A DNA stretch of 64,000 bases, from the NCBI GenBank assembly GCA_027036735.1, contig JALWDU010000092.1, positions 6,788-70,787 of the forward strand. The letters run 5' to 3'. This document shows, one piece after another, positions 42,331 to 52,579 of the stretch. Made by a program: the position numbers and the translations under genes. Positions within the stretch are counted from its first letter, which is position 1; each line of letters opens with the position of its first letter. The notes beneath the pieces were generated by a model that did not search any database, was not told where the DNA came from, and saw only the letters and a list, made by a program, of their open reading frames with translations. The DNA is from Aquificales bacterium (GTDB taxonomy: Bacteria > Aquificota > Aquificia > Aquificales > QOAS01).

Positions 42331-43602
42331 TCTTTGCTAACTGCTTTAATCCAATCTTTAATATGTTCCACGCTCCATTTAAGTCTCTATCAATTTCTAA
42401 ACCGCATTTCGGACATTTATAAGTTCTCTCATTTAATCCAATTCGTTGTTTAAAACCACATCTACAGCAATTTTGCGTTGTTGCTTCGTATTTCGGCACA
42501 AATTCCACAAGGATAAGGGTCGCAAGGTATTTTAGCCTTGCAGTTATTCCCCCTATCCCTGTGTTTTGAACTTCTTTCCCAAACAATCCTTTGTGCCAAC
42601 CTTTTATGTCATCTCTTTGAACCGCTATAAACGGAAACCTCTTCAAGTAGCTTATTACCTTATTTATCGTATCCTTCCTTCTGTTTTTGATATATTCCCA
42701 TTCCTTCTGTATCAACTTTTTAACCTTTTGATAGTTTTTGCTCCCTTTCCTCTTTCTTACCAAAATCTTTTGCAACCTTTTAAGCCTCTTCGTTTCGGGA
42801 ATATACCACTTAAACCTCTCCCCCGTTGTTAAGGTTAGCTGGTATTTAATACCTAAATCTATACCTACTGGAATTGAAGTCTGTTTTTGCTTAATTTCCC
42901 TTAAAACTTCCTCTCTCCAAAGATAGCAAACCACATATAGATAAAAGCCCGAAGGCTTTTTAACCAGAAAAGCGTTTACAATCTCTGAATTTTTAGGTAT
43001 CTGATGCAATCCCAAAACTCTAAACCACTTTCTAATGCCTTGAACTTTAATTCTATTCCTTTCGAAGTCTATTTTGTAGGTAATCCCGAATTGCTTAAGA
43101 GGAATGCTTTTAAAATCGGATTTAAATTGGAGCTTTCCTACCTTATAACCTTGCTCTTTTAGAGTTTTTAAAGCTTTAAGGCTATTTTTAATCCTTTCAA
43201 TAATGCCTTGTTTAACTTGAGAACCTAAGAGTTTAAGTTTCCTTTTTTCAAAACCGTTAGGAGTTTTAATTTCTACCACTTTAAGTTTTTCGGATAGTTT
43301 GTTTAATCGGCTGTCAATATCTGCGATGAGGTAGTTATAGAACCATTTAGCCTCTAAGAAAAGTCTTTCTAAGGTTTTTATATCGGATTTAGAGAGGTTT
43401 TGGAGTTTTAGTTGGAAGACTTTGGGAGTTTGGAGTTTTCTTTTTTCCTTGGTTTGTTTAAGTGATTGCCTGATTTTTTCGGCTTTAGTCATAACTCCAA
43501 ACTCCCTTAAATAAGTATTTTAAAACCTATCGGCCGCCATTCATCCCCGCAAGTCGGATAGGGGACTTTCTGGCGTGATTTTCCGTAAATAGGAGCGGCA
43601 AA
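42167..43602 (-). mobile_element. tnpB-only IS200/IS605-like element (IS1341-type), ends not defined
   Basis: It fills the whole interval between the cas6 ATG (42166) and the cas8b ATG (43603). No tnpA is present, and I could not define the LE/RE hairpins confidently. Confidence 0.45.
42182..43492 (-). CDS. tnpB: IS200/IS605-family TnpB (OrfB) RNA-guided nuclease homologue
   Basis: 436 aa. RuvC-I VGIDLG, zinc finger CCRCGFK..CPKCGLEIDRDLNGAWNI, and a C-terminal tail typical of thermophile OrfB proteins. The RuvC-II position reads IAVQRDDIKGW. Confidence 0.9.
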   Translation of the reverse strand: MTKAEKIRQSLKQTKEKRKLQTPKVFQLKLQNLSKSDIKTLERLFLEAKWFYNYLIADIDSRLNKLSEKLKVVEIKTPNGFEKRKLKLLGSQVKQGIIERIKNSLKALKTLKEQGYKVGKLQFKSDFKSIPLKQFGITYKIDFERNRIKVQGIRKWFRVLGLHQIPKNSEIVNAFLVKKPSGFYLYVVCYLWREEVLREIKQKQTSIPVGIDLGIKYQLTLTTGERFKWYIPETKRLKRLQKILVRKRKGSKNYQKVKKLIQKEWEYIKNRRKDTINKVISYLKRFPFIAVQRDDIKGWHKGLFGKEVQNTGIGGITARLKYLATLILVEFVPKYEATTQNCCRCGFKQRIGLNERTYKCPKCGLEIDRDLNGAWNILKIGLKQLAKKNKALADRLKSALPVDRGEVTPVEWALPTMKREAPHQRCGEEVTIERAV

Positions 43603-45261
43603 ATGTTGGAAGCACTGGCACTTCTGGGTGAGGTTTTTGGAAAATTCACCCTTTGGGACGATTTTACAGCCGATTATATCCTCGTTTTGGAACTTGATAG
43701 AGAGGGAAACCTTAAGGGGATAGATTTGGAGGAATTTACCAAAGATAGGGTGGAAAAGTATCTTTACAAAAATAGCGGAACGTCTAATCCACCCTCTTGG
43801 ACTCCCACCTTGGCTTTAAACAAAAAGGAACCCGTTAAGAGTTTGAGACTTTTGAACCGACAACTGAAGGAGCTTTTGGGAATAGAACTCAAAAGGGATT
43901 TGGAAAAATTGAGCGAACTGATAAAGGAAACCATTAAAGAGATTCCTAAAAGAAAGACGATTTTTATAACGACCAAAATTGAAGGGAAATATTTGGGGGA
44001 AATACCGGAAGTGGTTGAAAATTTAAAAGAATTCCTCAAAAGGAGATTTGAGGAAAGGGCGACCGATGGGGTTTGTTCGCTCTGTTTAAAACCAACAAAA
44101 GTAGTCGGAAAGGATAATTTCCCCTTTAAGTTCTACACCTTGGATAAACCCGGTTTTATCCACGGAGGGTTTAGAGATGAGACCTACGTTTTCCCCCTTT
44201 GTTGGGACTGCATTCAAAAGGTCAAAGAGGGCGGAAACTACGTAAGGGAAAAACTAAACTTCTCCTTCACAAAAGGGGTTAACTTTTATTTAATTCCCGA
44301 ATTGGTTAGGGAGGATAAAGAAACCCTTAAGAGGTTGGTTGAGAAAATTCTCCAACCCCAAGCGGAAACAAAAGATGGACTGACCGAAGAGAGGGCAAGT
44401 TCGCTAATAGCCGACGAGAGGAGGATTTTCAATCGAATTTCCAAAGAGGGAAACTACTTCTATATCCACCTATTGTTTATAACTAAGGAACAATCGGCGG
44501 AGAGGATAGACCTATACCTGCAGGGGATTTATCCATCGAGGTTAAAAGACCTCTTTGAGTGCAAAAGGAAAGTTGAAAACCTCTTGGAGGAGGAGATTAC
44601 CTTTAACTACTCCACCGCAAGGGAATTTTTTGAAGACAGCACCTTTTACGAATACATCTATTCCACCTTTAGGGGTGTTGCCTTCGACAAAAACACCCTT
44701 TTGGGGAACGTTTTGGAAAAATTGCGGACTATTAGTGTTGAGGTTGAAAAGGGAGAACCCCTATCGAAGTTGGTTTTTGCCATTAAAAGAGCCCTTGCGG
44801 TTTATCTGTTCGAACTATGCACCCGAGGAGGTTTGAATATGTCGGAACAAGGTAGGGAAACCTTGGAGGGATTTTTAAACCAATTTCCCCACCTCAAGGG
44901 GGATTTTGAAAAGGGAGTGTTCCTTTTGGGGGTTTTGACCCAAACTTTATTGGAAAAACAATACGGGGAGAGGGGAAATAAGCCATTCCTCAAAAAGTTA
45001 AAAGGTTTCAAACTCCACCTTGAGGACTTTATAGGACTTTACCCCGAACTTAGGGCGAAATTTGAGGAATACGACTTTTGGGGAAAGAGAATTGCATTCC
45101 TATTTGAGGAAGCTGGTAGATACCTCCTAAGGTCTCCCGAAAAGCCGAAGGTCTCCCAAAGGGAGGCGAATTTCATCTTTGCAACCGGTATGGGTCTGAA
45201 AAAAGAGGTTTTCGACCTCTTAAAGGAGGAAGAAAAAGAGGAGGTGGCTCAAAATGGGTGA
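43603..45261 (+). CDS. cas8b: type I-B large subunit Cas8b (TM1802-like)
   Basis: 552 aa with an AGGAG RBS and Cys pairs CSLC..CWDC. It lies immediately upstream of cas7-cas5. Confidence 0.78.
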   Translation: MLEALALLGEVFGKFTLWDDFTADYILVLELDREGNLKGIDLEEFTKDRVEKYLYKNSGTSNPPSWTPTLALNKKEPVKSLRLLNRQLKELLGIELKRDLEKLSELIKETIKEIPKRKTIFITTKIEGKYLGEIPEVVENLKEFLKRRFEERATDGVCSLCLKPTKVVGKDNFPFKFYTLDKPGFIHGGFRDETYVFPLCWDCIQKVKEGGNYVREKLNFSFTKGVNFYLIPELVREDKETLKRLVEKILQPQAETKDGLTEERASSLIADERRIFNRISKEGNYFYIHLLFITKEQSAERIDLYLQGIYPSRLKDLFECKRKVENLLEEEITFNYSTAREFFEDSTFYEYIYSTFRGVAFDKNTLLGNVLEKLRTISVEVEKGEPLSKLVFAIKRALAVYLFELCTRGGLNMSEQGRETLEGFLNQFPHLKGDFEKGVFLLGVLTQTLLEKQYGERGNKPFLKKLKGFKLHLEDFIGLYPELRAKFEEYDFWGKRIAFLFEEAGRYLLRSPEKPKVSQREANFIFATGMGLKKEVFDLLKEEEKEEVAQNG

Positions 45262-46219
45262 GAAAACCCTATTTCCTACAAAGGGACAAAACCCCGAAGG
45301 GCAAACTATTAAAAGAAGGGAATACCTATTCCTCTACGACGTTAAGAACGCCAACCCCAACGGCGACCCGCTTGACGAAAACAAGCCGAGAATGGACGAG
45401 GAAAGCGGTAAGGTACTGGTTACCGATGTGAGGCTAAAGAGGGTTATAAGGGACACCCTCGAGGAGCTCGGAGAGTGTGTTTTCCTCTCAAAGGAGAGGG
45501 TTTTGAAGGACGACCAACAGAAGAAAACGAGGGATGAACTCCTCAAAGAGTTTGGAAACGACCCCTTTAAAGCCGTTGAGAGTTGCATAGATTTAAGACT
45601 CTTTGGGGCAACCTTTTCGGTGAAAAATAACAACTTCTCCCTAACGGGACCCGTTCAGTTCAACTTCGGATATACCCTCCACAGGGTTGAGCCGAAATTG
45701 ATAAAGGGAACGACCATCCTCCCCTCCAAGGAGGATAAAAAACAGGGAACCTTTACCGAAATGTGGATTATCCCCTACGGGCTTATAGTCTTCTACGGGG
45801 TGGCTAACCAGTTCGCCGCAAAGGATACCGGTCTGACCGAAGATGACCTAAACAAAATGGCTAAGGCTATGTGGCTCGGGACAAAAGCCTCCACCGATGT
45901 GCTATCCCACTCCAAAATGGGGCACTCCCCGAGGCTCCTCATAGAGGTGGTTTACAAAGATGGTGTTAAAACCCAAATGGGAGAGTTGGACGCCCTCGTA
46001 AGGGTTGAGGTAAAAGGCGATAAGACCGAAGAGGAAGTTAGGGATATAGAAGACCTCGTGGTGGATTTGTCGAGGCTCAAAAAGAGGGTAGAACGCTATA
46101 GGGACAAAATTGAGAAGGTTCGCTACGCTATTGACGACCGAATAGAGCTGAAGCAACCCCTCGAGGAGGTTTTCGAAGGTATCCAGTTAGAGGAATTCGA
46201 TTGGTTTGAAGAGGTTTGA
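45254..46219 (+). CDS. cas7: type I-B Cas7 (Csh2/DevR family)
   Basis: YDVKNANPNGDPLDENKPR signature. Confidence 0.9.
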   Translation: MGEKTLFPTKGQNPEGQTIKRREYLFLYDVKNANPNGDPLDENKPRMDEESGKVLVTDVRLKRVIRDTLEELGECVFLSKERVLKDDQQKKTRDELLKEFGNDPFKAVESCIDLRLFGATFSVKNNNFSLTGPVQFNFGYTLHRVEPKLIKGTTILPSKEDKKQGTFTEMWIIPYGLIVFYGVANQFAAKDTGLTEDDLNKMAKAMWLGTKASTDVLSHSKMGHSPRLLIEVVYKDGVKTQMGELDALVRVEVKGDKTEEEVRDIEDLVVDLSRLKKRVERYRDKIEKVRYAIDDRIELKQPLEEVFEGIQLEEFDWFEEV

Positions 46220-46222
46220 CCT

Positions 46223-46954
46223 ATGAGGGTGGTCGTTTTCGATATTTGGGGAACCTTCGCCCACTTTAGGAAGTTTTGGACTACCTCCTCCTCCTTGAGT
46301 TATCCCTTTCCACCTCCTCCCACCGTTAGGGGGATTTTGGGTGCGATTTTGGGTTTCCGTAAAGAGGAATATATAAGAAAAACCGAACCTTTTAAGGTTG
46401 GGGTGAGGATATTGAATCCCGTTAAGAGGTTAAAGGTAAGTTTGAACTTGATAGACACCAAAAGGTTGGGAACCGGTTTTAATAACCTCGCGAGGAATAT
46501 AAGGAAAAACGGAATTCTCCACACCCAAGCGGTGGTTGAAATTTTGAAAAACCCCAAATATAGGATTTATGTATCCTCCGAAGACCCTAAATTGTTGGAG
46601 GATTTAGAGGAAACCCTTAAAGGGGAGGAAAATGTTTATACAATCTCCCTCGGGTGGGCTAACTTTTTGGCTAAATACTCCTATAAAGGAGCTTTTGAAG
46701 GGAAATTTATTGAGACCTCAAAGAGGGTAGATTCGGTTATTCCGGTCGAAAATGCCCTAAATTTGGATTTTGAAAGGGAAAATCCCCAATACCTTGCAAG
46801 GGATAGAATACCTTTAAAACTCGCAGAGGATAGGAAACCTCTAAATTACACCTCGGTGGTCTATTCTTTAGACGCAAAACCTTTAAAGGGAGAATTTAAA
46901 AACTTAATAGAACTCCAAAAGGAAGAGAAAGAAATTATTCACCTATTCGGTTAA
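46223..46954 (+). CDS. cas5: type I-B Cas5
   Basis: MRVVVFDIWGTFAHFRKFWTTSSSLSYPFPPPPTVRGILGAILG N-terminal Cas5 signature. Confidence 0.87.
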   Translation: MRVVVFDIWGTFAHFRKFWTTSSSLSYPFPPPPTVRGILGAILGFRKEEYIRKTEPFKVGVRILNPVKRLKVSLNLIDTKRLGTGFNNLARNIRKNGILHTQAVVEILKNPKYRIYVSSEDPKLLEDLEETLKGEENVYTISLGWANFLAKYSYKGAFEGKFIETSKRVDSVIPVENALNLDFERENPQYLARDRIPLKLAEDRKPLNYTSVVYSLDAKPLKGEFKNLIELQKEEKEIIHLFG

Positions 46955-48546
46955 ACGAGCGACAACATCTCCCTTAAGAAGAAGTAATTTCTTTTCAAAT
47001 CCTCTTTGGGGTTGTATTCCTTTATAAACCTGTAGGCGGAGGCGATATTTCGGATTAAGTCGGTGGCGCGAACACTTTCGGTAAATTTTTCCTTCTCCGC
47101 AAGTTCGCCGGCTACGGCGTGGAGGGATACGCCCAATATTAAGGCTTCCTTTACGGGCATTTTTCCTATTAGCGCCCCCAAAATGCCGGAGAGAACGTCC
47201 CCGACACCGCCCTTCGCCATGGCGGGTGTGCCCCTAACGTTTACAAAGGCTTCCCCCTCGGGGGTGGCTATTACCGTTCTCGCCGCCTTTAGGACGATGT
47301 AGCAGTTATTTTCGACGGCAAAGTTTCTCGCAACCTCTATCTGGTTGTGGATTATCTCCTCCCTGTAGAGTCCCGTAAGTCTCTGCATCTCTCCCACGTG
47401 GGGCGTCAATACGGCGGGTATCTCCCTTTTACGGAGGAGCTCTTTACCCTTTGCACCCATGTCGGCGAGGTTGTTTATTCCATCGGCGTCCACCACGAGG
47501 GGTTTTTCCCATCGGGTTAAAAAGTCCTCCACGAGTTCCTGACCACCCTTATACCTCCCCATTCCGGGTCCCAACACCAGGGATGTATACCTCTTGTAGT
47601 CCTCGCTTTCGAAGATAAAGTCCCCCAAAAGGGGGTGTAAATATCCCCTTTCCGCCTCGGGTAGGGGTTTGGTCATCTCCTCGATAAGGGCGTTTTCCAA
47701 AACCGGATTTAGGCTCTCGGCAACGCCGGCGGTTACCAAGCCGGCGCCGGCTTCGGTCGCCGCCTTCGAAGCCATTATTACCGCACCGGTAAAGCCGGAA
47801 CTACCGCCGATAATGAGAACGTGCCCCTCGCGGTTTTTGTAGGTATAGGGAGACCTTTGGGGGATTAATTTTTTTACCTCCTGAAGCTCTATGAGTTCGG
47901 TTTTTAACTCCTCCTCCCAAAGGTGGATGGGAATGGATATATCCCTAATAAGGACTTTTCCGCAGTAAGCCGATGCCGGATAGAGGACATGTCCGTATTT
48001 AGGAAGGGCGAAGGTTATGGTCATCTCCGCCCTAACGACCGGTTCTATCACCTCCCCGCTATCGGAGGATATTCCGCTCGGTATATCGACGGCAACCACC
48101 GGTTTGCCGGAGGTGTTTATTTTCTTTATTACCTCAACCCATCTCCCCTTAACGGGAGGTTTGAAACCGGTTCCAAAAATGGCGTCGATTATTAGGTCGA
48201 ATTCCTCCAAAGGGGGTAGTTCCCTTACGAATTTCACACCCACCTTTTGGGCTATTTCGTATTGAACCCTGCAGTCGTCCTTTAATTCATCTCCCCCGTA
48301 GGGGAGGAAAACGGTCACATCCCTTTTATTGCGGATTTTTAAAATTCTTCCCGCCGCTATTCCGTCGCCACCGTTGTTGCCCTTACCCGCAACCACGAGT
48401 ATTTTTTTCGCCTCGGGGTAGAAGCGTATGACCGCGTTGGCAACACCCCTTGCGGCGTTCTCCATTAGGACGAGGGAGGGAATGCCGATATCCTCTATGG
48501 TGCGGCGGTCGAGCTCTTGCATCTGCTGGGCTCTGACGAGCTTCAT
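46951..48546 (-). CDS. nnr: bifunctional NAD(P)H-hydrate repair enzyme (epimerase/dehydratase)
   Basis: YjeF-N part (AGKGNNGGDG) plus a carbohydrate-kinase-like part (IIGGSSGFTGA, GGVGDVLSG). Confidence 0.9.
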   Translation of the reverse strand: MKLVRAQQMQELDRRTIEDIGIPSLVLMENAARGVANAVIRFYPEAKKILVVAGKGNNGGDGIAAGRILKIRNKRDVTVFLPYGGDELKDDCRVQYEIAQKVGVKFVRELPPLEEFDLIIDAIFGTGFKPPVKGRWVEVIKKINTSGKPVVAVDIPSGISSDSGEVIEPVVRAEMTITFALPKYGHVLYPASAYCGKVLIRDISIPIHLWEEELKTELIELQEVKKLIPQRSPYTYKNREGHVLIIGGSSGFTGAVIMASKAATEAGAGLVTAGVAESLNPVLENALIEEMTKPLPEAERGYLHPLLGDFIFESEDYKRYTSLVLGPGMGRYKGGQELVEDFLTRWEKPLVVDADGINNLADMGAKGKELLRKREIPAVLTPHVGEMQRLTGLYREEIIHNQIEVARNFAVENNCYIVLKAARTVIATPEGEAFVNVRGTPAMAKGGVGDVLSGILGALIGKMPVKEALILGVSLHAVAGELAEKEKFTESVRATDLIRNIASAYRFIKEYNPKEDLKRNYFFLREMLSLV

Positions 48547-48577
48547 AAAGGAAAAGGATAATCCCCGCGAAGCGGGG

Positions 48578-48606
48578 TTGAAACTCTAAAGGGGGAATTC
48601 TATAAT
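48578..48606 (+). promoter_or_regulatory. sigma70-type promoter for tRNA-Arg
   Basis: TTGAAA (48578-48583), 17 nt, then TATAAT (48601-48606). The tRNA starts 15 nt downstream. Confidence 0.55.
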
Positions 48607-48620
48607 TAATACACTTGGTC

Positions 48621-48697
48621 GGGGGCGTAGCTCAACTGGATAGAGCGCGGGACTACGGATCCCGAGGTTGCGGGTTCGACTCCCGCCGCCCTCACCA
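48621..48697 (+). tRNA. tRNA-Arg (anticodon ACG), CCA encoded
   Basis: Manual cloverleaf fold: acceptor GGGGGCG/CGCCCTC; D arm GCTC-AACTGGATA-GAGC; anticodon arm CGGGA-CTACGGA-TCCCG; T arm GCGGG-TTCGACT-CCCGC; then ACCA. Confidence 0.9.
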
Positions 48698-48766
48698 CTT
48701 TAACCGCCAATAGTCTCCCCATTCCAATCCTCCAAAAGGTATCCCTTCAAACTAAATTTCCTAACG

Positions 48767-49864
48767 ATGGAGGAAAAAAATCTTCAAGACCTCTACGAGA
48801 GGGCGTTAGACCTATACCTCTCGGGGGACTTAATGGGGGCTTTGGCACTTTTGGAGGAATTCGTTTCTCAAAACCCCAAACACCCCTACGCGCTCTTTAA
48901 CCTCGGAAAGCTCCACTACGAGCTGGGAAACAAAAAGTTGGCGAAGGCTTACCTCGAGGAGGCTATTAAGCTGAAACCCGACCTCTACGAGGCTTTGAGA
49001 ATTTTGGGCGACATCTACACCGACGAGGGGGAGATAGATAAGGCTATAGAGACCTACGAGAGGTTGGTAAAAATCCACCCCTCCGCGGAGGTTTTCAACA
49101 ATTTGGGATACCTCTACCAGCAAAAGGGGGATTACGAAAAGGCTATCGAATACTTCGACAGGGCTATAGAGCTAAACCCCAAACTTGCGGAGGCTTACTA
49201 CAACAAAGCGCTATCCCTCAGGAGGCTTGGAAAATTTGAGGAAGCCCTTAAGTGGTACGACAAAGCGATAGAGCTAAACCCGAAAGACCCCGACGCATAC
49301 TACAACCGCGCGATTGTGAAAAAGCATCTGGGAGACTTGGAGGGGGCTAAGAAAGACTTCGAAAGGGCTATAGAGCTGAACCCCCTCTTTGTGAGGGCTT
49401 ACAACAATTTGGGGAATGTCTATTACGCCTTGGGAGAGCCGGAAAAGGCGCTCCAATACTACCGCAAGGCTCTCGAAATAAACCCCAACTACCTCGAGTC
49501 GATAATGAATACCGCCTTCATTCTACGGGAGATGGGTAGGTGCGACGAGGCTGTAAAGTGGTACGACAGGGCTTTAAGCCTCTCTCCCGACAATCCCGAG
49601 GCGTTAATCGATAAGGGGATATGTCTCAAAGAATTGGGTAAATTCCGCGAGGCGGAGGAACATTATAGGCGTGCCGCCGAGGTTTCGCCGCAGTTCAAAC
49701 CGCTGGCGCTCTACAATTTGGCGTGTCTCTACAACCTCGAGGGGAAAAAGGAGGAGGCAAGGCACCTCTTGGAGGAGAGTTTCAAACTCGACCCCGAACT
49801 TAGGGAATACGCAAAAACCGACCCCGAGGTGAGGGATTTACTCGAAGAACCCCAAAGGGGTTAA
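48767..49864 (+). CDS. tetratricopeptide-repeat protein
   Basis: About nine tandem 34-aa TPR units (A..YYN.A......G....A...Y.KAIELNP). Confidence 0.85.
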   Translation: MEEKNLQDLYERALDLYLSGDLMGALALLEEFVSQNPKHPYALFNLGKLHYELGNKKLAKAYLEEAIKLKPDLYEALRILGDIYTDEGEIDKAIETYERLVKIHPSAEVFNNLGYLYQQKGDYEKAIEYFDRAIELNPKLAEAYYNKALSLRRLGKFEEALKWYDKAIELNPKDPDAYYNRAIVKKHLGDLEGAKKDFERAIELNPLFVRAYNNLGNVYYALGEPEKALQYYRKALEINPNYLESIMNTAFILREMGRCDEAVKWYDRALSLSPDNPEALIDKGICLKELGKFREAEEHYRRAAEVSPQFKPLALYNLACLYNLEGKKEEARHLLEESFKLDPELREYAKTDPEVRDLLEEPQRG

Positions 49865-50469
49865 CAAAACCTCCCCAGCTCCCTTTGGAGGTATGCCATC
49901 AGCTCCCTAACCTGTCTCTCCGTTTCCTCCAAACTCCCACTGTTGTCTATAACGAAATCGGCGAGCTCCCTCTTTCGGTCTATATCGAGTTGCTTTTCCC
50001 AACGGCGGTTGAAATCCTCTTCGGTCATTCCCCTCCGGAGTGCCCTTTTTTTAGCCACCTCTTTGGGCGCATATACCAAAACGGTGTAGTGAAACCTGTT
50101 TTGGTTGCCCTTTTCGAATATCAGAGCCGCCTCGAGGACGCATATTCCTCCCCTTTCCCTGCAAAAGTTCTCGTATTCCCTATAGACCTCCGGGTGGAGT
50201 AGGTTTTCGAGCCACTTCAGGAGGTCGGGGTTTTTAAACACCCTTTCGGCGATTTTTTTCCTATCGACCCTCCCATCGGGGGTCAGAATATCCTTTCCCA
50301 ACTTTTGCAGGAGCTTTTGCTTTATATCTTCCCTCTCGAGGAGTTTGTGAACGACCTTGTCCGCATCGAGGACGTTGGCGCCGTATTTTTCCATAAGCTT
50401 GGCGACGGTGGACTTTCCCGTGCCTATATTGCCGGTTAGACCTATTTTGAGAGCGCAATTCGCCGACAC
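49861..50469 (-). CDS. coaE: dephospho-CoA kinase
   Basis: IGLTGNIGTGKSTVA P-loop; GTG start. Confidence 0.9.
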   Translation of the reverse strand: MSANCALKIGLTGNIGTGKSTVAKLMEKYGANVLDADKVVHKLLEREDIKQKLLQKLGKDILTPDGRVDRKKIAERVFKNPDLLKWLENLLHPEVYREYENFCRERGGICVLEAALIFEKGNQNRFHYTVLVYAPKEVAKKRALRRGMTEEDFNRRWEKQLDIDRKRELADFVIDNSGSLEETERQVRELMAYLQRELGRFC

Positions 50470-50551
50470 CGCAACCCTCCGAAACTTGCCACTTTTGGTT
50501 AGTATAATTTTTTATCGGTTAAAAATTTTTTTGGCACCAAGGGGGAATATA

Positions 50552-52579
50552 ATGCAAATTACCTATCGGTTTTCCGAAGAAGAGAAAAAATTTTTCGAAG
50601 TATATCGCCAACTATTGGAAAAATATTCCGATAACCTTCAAAAGTTAAAGCTTTTTTTGGAGCTAAAGGCTTTGGATTTGGGTATAGAAAACCCCGATGA
50701 GGTTATAGAAAAAATACATTCCTTTTTGAGGGATTACATCTTTTTTAAAGACCGTAGAGAGGAACTAAAGGAAATCCTTCCCATAGATGATGAATTTTTA
50801 AAAACCTTGGAAAGGTATCCCTACTTTGTGGAATACCGTATCGGTTATGCCTTTCCCACCGAAGCGGTTTATGGCGGTTTCAAGTGGAGGGAACCCTTTA
50901 TTATTGCCGGTGGAATAGACGGAAAGGTTAGGATTTGGAGATACGACGATGGAAAACTTCGATACCTTTTCGATATCGGGGAAAAGCATACCGGTTTCCC
51001 CGCCTACGAGCTCTATAAAGACCATCTTTTCTATTCCGTAGGTTCGACCTTAAAGGTTTTCTATCTACCGAGCGGGAAGCTGGTTGAGGAGATAGATGTG
51101 GGTCAACCCGTAGCGGCTTTAAACCTGGAAGAGGGCGGTAATTTATACCTTTACAAGCGTTTCGGTCAGTTGGCTATAAAGCAAAGGATAGACCTCGATA
51201 GCGGTAAGGTTGAATTCGGTCCCGCCGACCCGGTGGCGCTCACCTCGGTGGAAACCGGCGAAACCGATATGGTGGCGCTCGGAAAAAACCTATTGAAACT
51301 GAAGAAGGGAAGGATTTTATTATTCCGCGGAAAGAAAGAAAGTAACGATAAAAAGCTGGTAAAGGAAAACGCCTTCAAACTGAATTTCCCCATAAACGAT
51401 ATTTACGTCTTGGGAAGCTCCGCGATTTTGGGCACCGACGGCGCCCCTCCCCAAATAGTAGACCTGCAAACGGGTGAAATTTTGGGAACCCTCGACGTGC
51501 CGGTGGTTCACTCCTTTAGGATAAGGAAAAATCCCGTAAGGGATGAGCTCGCCATATCCCACAGCGACAACCTGATATCGATTTGGGACATAAAAACCCT
51601 GGAGAATATCAAGCTTTTGGAAAGCTACTTTATTGACGTTTTGGGATTGGATTACTCCCCCGACGGGAAACTGCTCGTCGCCGCCGGTGAGGGTAGGGAT
51701 ATAAACGTGTGGGACACCGAAAGTTGGGAAATGGTTAAAGATATAGATTTCGACTTCGAGGGTGTTACCGCCCTGAAATTCTCGCCCGACGGCAAATACC
51801 TGGCGGTGGGAGGAGGCGACAACAATATCTACCTGCTATCCACCTCCGATTGGAGCGTTGTTAAAACCCTTTCCCAACATGAGGACTTGATTTCCGACCT
51901 CCTCTTTGTGGATGGAAAGTTGGTTTCCGCCGGATGGGACGGCAAGGCGTTGGTGTGGAACCTGGAAAGGGGAGAGGTAGAACAGGTATTGCAAAACTCC
52001 GACCAGAGGGTTTGGAAGCTGGCGCTTTCGCGCGATGGCGGTCTCCTAGCGGTGGCGGACTGGGAGGGGAAGGTAAATATATACAAAACCGATACGTGGG
52101 ATTTGGTGGAAACCTTTGAGGACAAAAGTGGGGTCACGGCGGTCGCCTTCGGCGAAAACCTCCTCCTCATCGGCAGAAAGGACGGAACCCTCGAGGTGGT
52201 AAAGATAGAGCCTAAGGAACTCGAAGAGGTTGTTGAAAATATTTCCGCAAATCCCTCGGAGGAGGTGGAGGGAATAACCACCTTCGGCGGCAATATACTC
52301 GTCTACACCAAAAGGGGTAGGCTCGGCATATGGAACCCCCAAGGGGAAAGGGTATTCTCCGCAACCGTCGAGGGTCTAAAAGATGCCGATAGCTTGAGGA
52401 CACCGCGGTTGGAAACGAAAGTCCTACCCGATACCTTCATCGTCAGAAGGGAAAACAACTTCTACGGCGCCAAGGGGTGGGACAACTATATCAACATCCT
52501 CAAAGGGTTGGAAATCGTGGAGAAAAAGGAACCCTTCCTGGAGGTTATAGCGGAACCCAAACTCCTCGAGGAGTTATGA
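50552..52579 (+). CDS. WD40-repeat protein (675 aa)
   Basis: Repeated ..GKV.IW.., ..ISIWD.., ..INVWD.. and ..ALVWN.. blades. The ATG at 50552 is preceded by GGGGGA. The upstream part of track ORF 50357 is antisense to coaE. Confidence 0.8.
   Translation: MQITYRFSEEEKKFFEVYRQLLEKYSDNLQKLKLFLELKALDLGIENPDEVIEKIHSFLRDYIFFKDRREELKEILPIDDEFLKTLERYPYFVEYRIGYAFPTEAVYGGFKWREPFIIAGGIDGKVRIWRYDDGKLRYLFDIGEKHTGFPAYELYKDHLFYSVGSTLKVFYLPSGKLVEEIDVGQPVAALNLEEGGNLYLYKRFGQLAIKQRIDLDSGKVEFGPADPVALTSVETGETDMVALGKNLLKLKKGRILLFRGKKESNDKKLVKENAFKLNFPINDIYVLGSSAILGTDGAPPQIVDLQTGEILGTLDVPVVHSFRIRKNPVRDELAISHSDNLISIWDIKTLENIKLLESYFIDVLGLDYSPDGKLLVAAGEGRDINVWDTESWEMVKDIDFDFEGVTALKFSPDGKYLAVGGGDNNIYLLSTSDWSVVKTLSQHEDLISDLLFVDGKLVSAGWDGKALVWNLERGEVEQVLQNSDQRVWKLALSRDGGLLAVADWEGKVNIYKTDTWDLVETFEDKSGVTAVAFGENLLLIGRKDGTLEVVKIEPKELEEVVENISANPSEEVEGITTFGGNILVYTKRGRLGIWNPQGERVFSATVEGLKDADSLRTPRLETKVLPDTFIVRRENNFYGAKGWDNYINILKGLEIVEKKEPFLEVIAEPKLLEEL

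Noticed and set aside
48556-48584. GATAATCCCCGCGAAGCGGGGTTGAAAC resembles a stem-loop CRISPR repeat ending in the TTGAAAC handle (an orphan repeat?)
   Set aside because: It is a single copy with no spacer periodicity. The TTGAAA lies exactly 17 nt upstream of a TATAAT box, so it is better explained as the -35 element of the tRNA-Arg promoter. The hairpin belongs to the GAA-loop family reported separately.
50357-50551. N-terminal extension of the WD40 ORF
   Set aside because: It is antisense to coaE. A good RBS and ATG at 50552 start the recognisable protein.
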